Shown here: in pieces, positions 25,366-25,619 of the stretch
Numbering within the stretch: position 1 is the first letter of the stretch
Layout of the letters: each line of letters starts with the position of its first letter
Origin: a virus
Lineage: Duplodnaviria; Caudoviricetes
Virus record (IMG/VR): IMGVR_UViG_3300017909_003862
Location: 1 to 25,619 of that record
Reading direction: 5' to 3' (one strand)
DNA: 25,619 nt
Position numbers and translations under genes: made by a program
Notes under the pieces: model-generated
The model's database searches: none
Told to the model about the DNA's origin: nothing
What the model saw: the letters and a program-made list of their open reading frames with translations, nothing else

Positions 25366-25619
25366 CTATCTTCTCCCTGGCACTTTACGTGCACCTTGTT
25401 GTGCTATTGCATGAATAAACTGTGGGTCTCTTGCAACCAACTGTTTGAAACTTGAAGCATCAACTGCGTTTATATTATATGTTACATTGCCACCTGCTGT
25501 GATAGGCGTAACTTGAGCAGGTCCACTTACCAGTTCAGGACCTCTTTCACCTACAACACCAAATGATCCTGCAGGTATCATTCCTCCATTTGCAAAAAAT
25601 CCTGCAAATAGATTACCAA
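25366..25619 (-). CDS. Tail tape measure protein, C-terminal portion (enters from window edge)
   Basis: GNLFAGFFANGGMIPAGSFGVVGERGPELV...VTYNINAVDASSF; FA.GG and VGE.GPEL are hallmark TMP C-terminal motifs. Confidence 0.88.
   Translation of the reverse strand, partial: GNLFAGFFANGGMIPAGSFGVVGERGPELVSGPAQVTPITAGGNVTYNINAVDASSFKQLVARDPQFIHAIAQQGARKVPGRR

Noticed and set aside
1-25619. Gene transfer agent or integrated prophage
   Set aside because: There are no flanking host genes, integrase or att site, and both ends fall inside the same phage gene, indicating a circular or permuted viral contig.

Overview
AT-rich, near-complete (about 26 kb) genome of a siphovirus-type tailed phage. All credible genes are on the minus strand. 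The tape-measure gene is split across the two window ends (N-terminal part 1851->1, C-terminal part 25619->25366), so the window is a circularly permuted genome probably missing only a short internal piece of that gene. About 22 kb encode a full virion: TerS/TerL, portal, scaffold, HK97-type capsid, neck, tail tube, frameshifted tail chaperones, tape measure, Dit/hub and LamG-rich fibres. I recognise no DNA polymerase, primase, helicase, replication initiator, integrase, repressor, sigma factor or endolysin. Most transcription units are preceded by TAAATA, the core of the T4-type gp55 late promoter, although no gp55 is encoded. Only two small orphan genes have sigma70 promoters. A ~1 kb control region (11700-12690) appears to encode a ~450-nt structured RNA and a ~175-nt small RNA. 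The small RNA is complementary to the 5' end of the long RNA and to the RBS of a sigma70-driven gene. Working hypothesis (inference): a replication-gene-free, self-encapsidating satellite phage that uses a T4-like helper's late transcription and replication machinery and is regulated by RNA.
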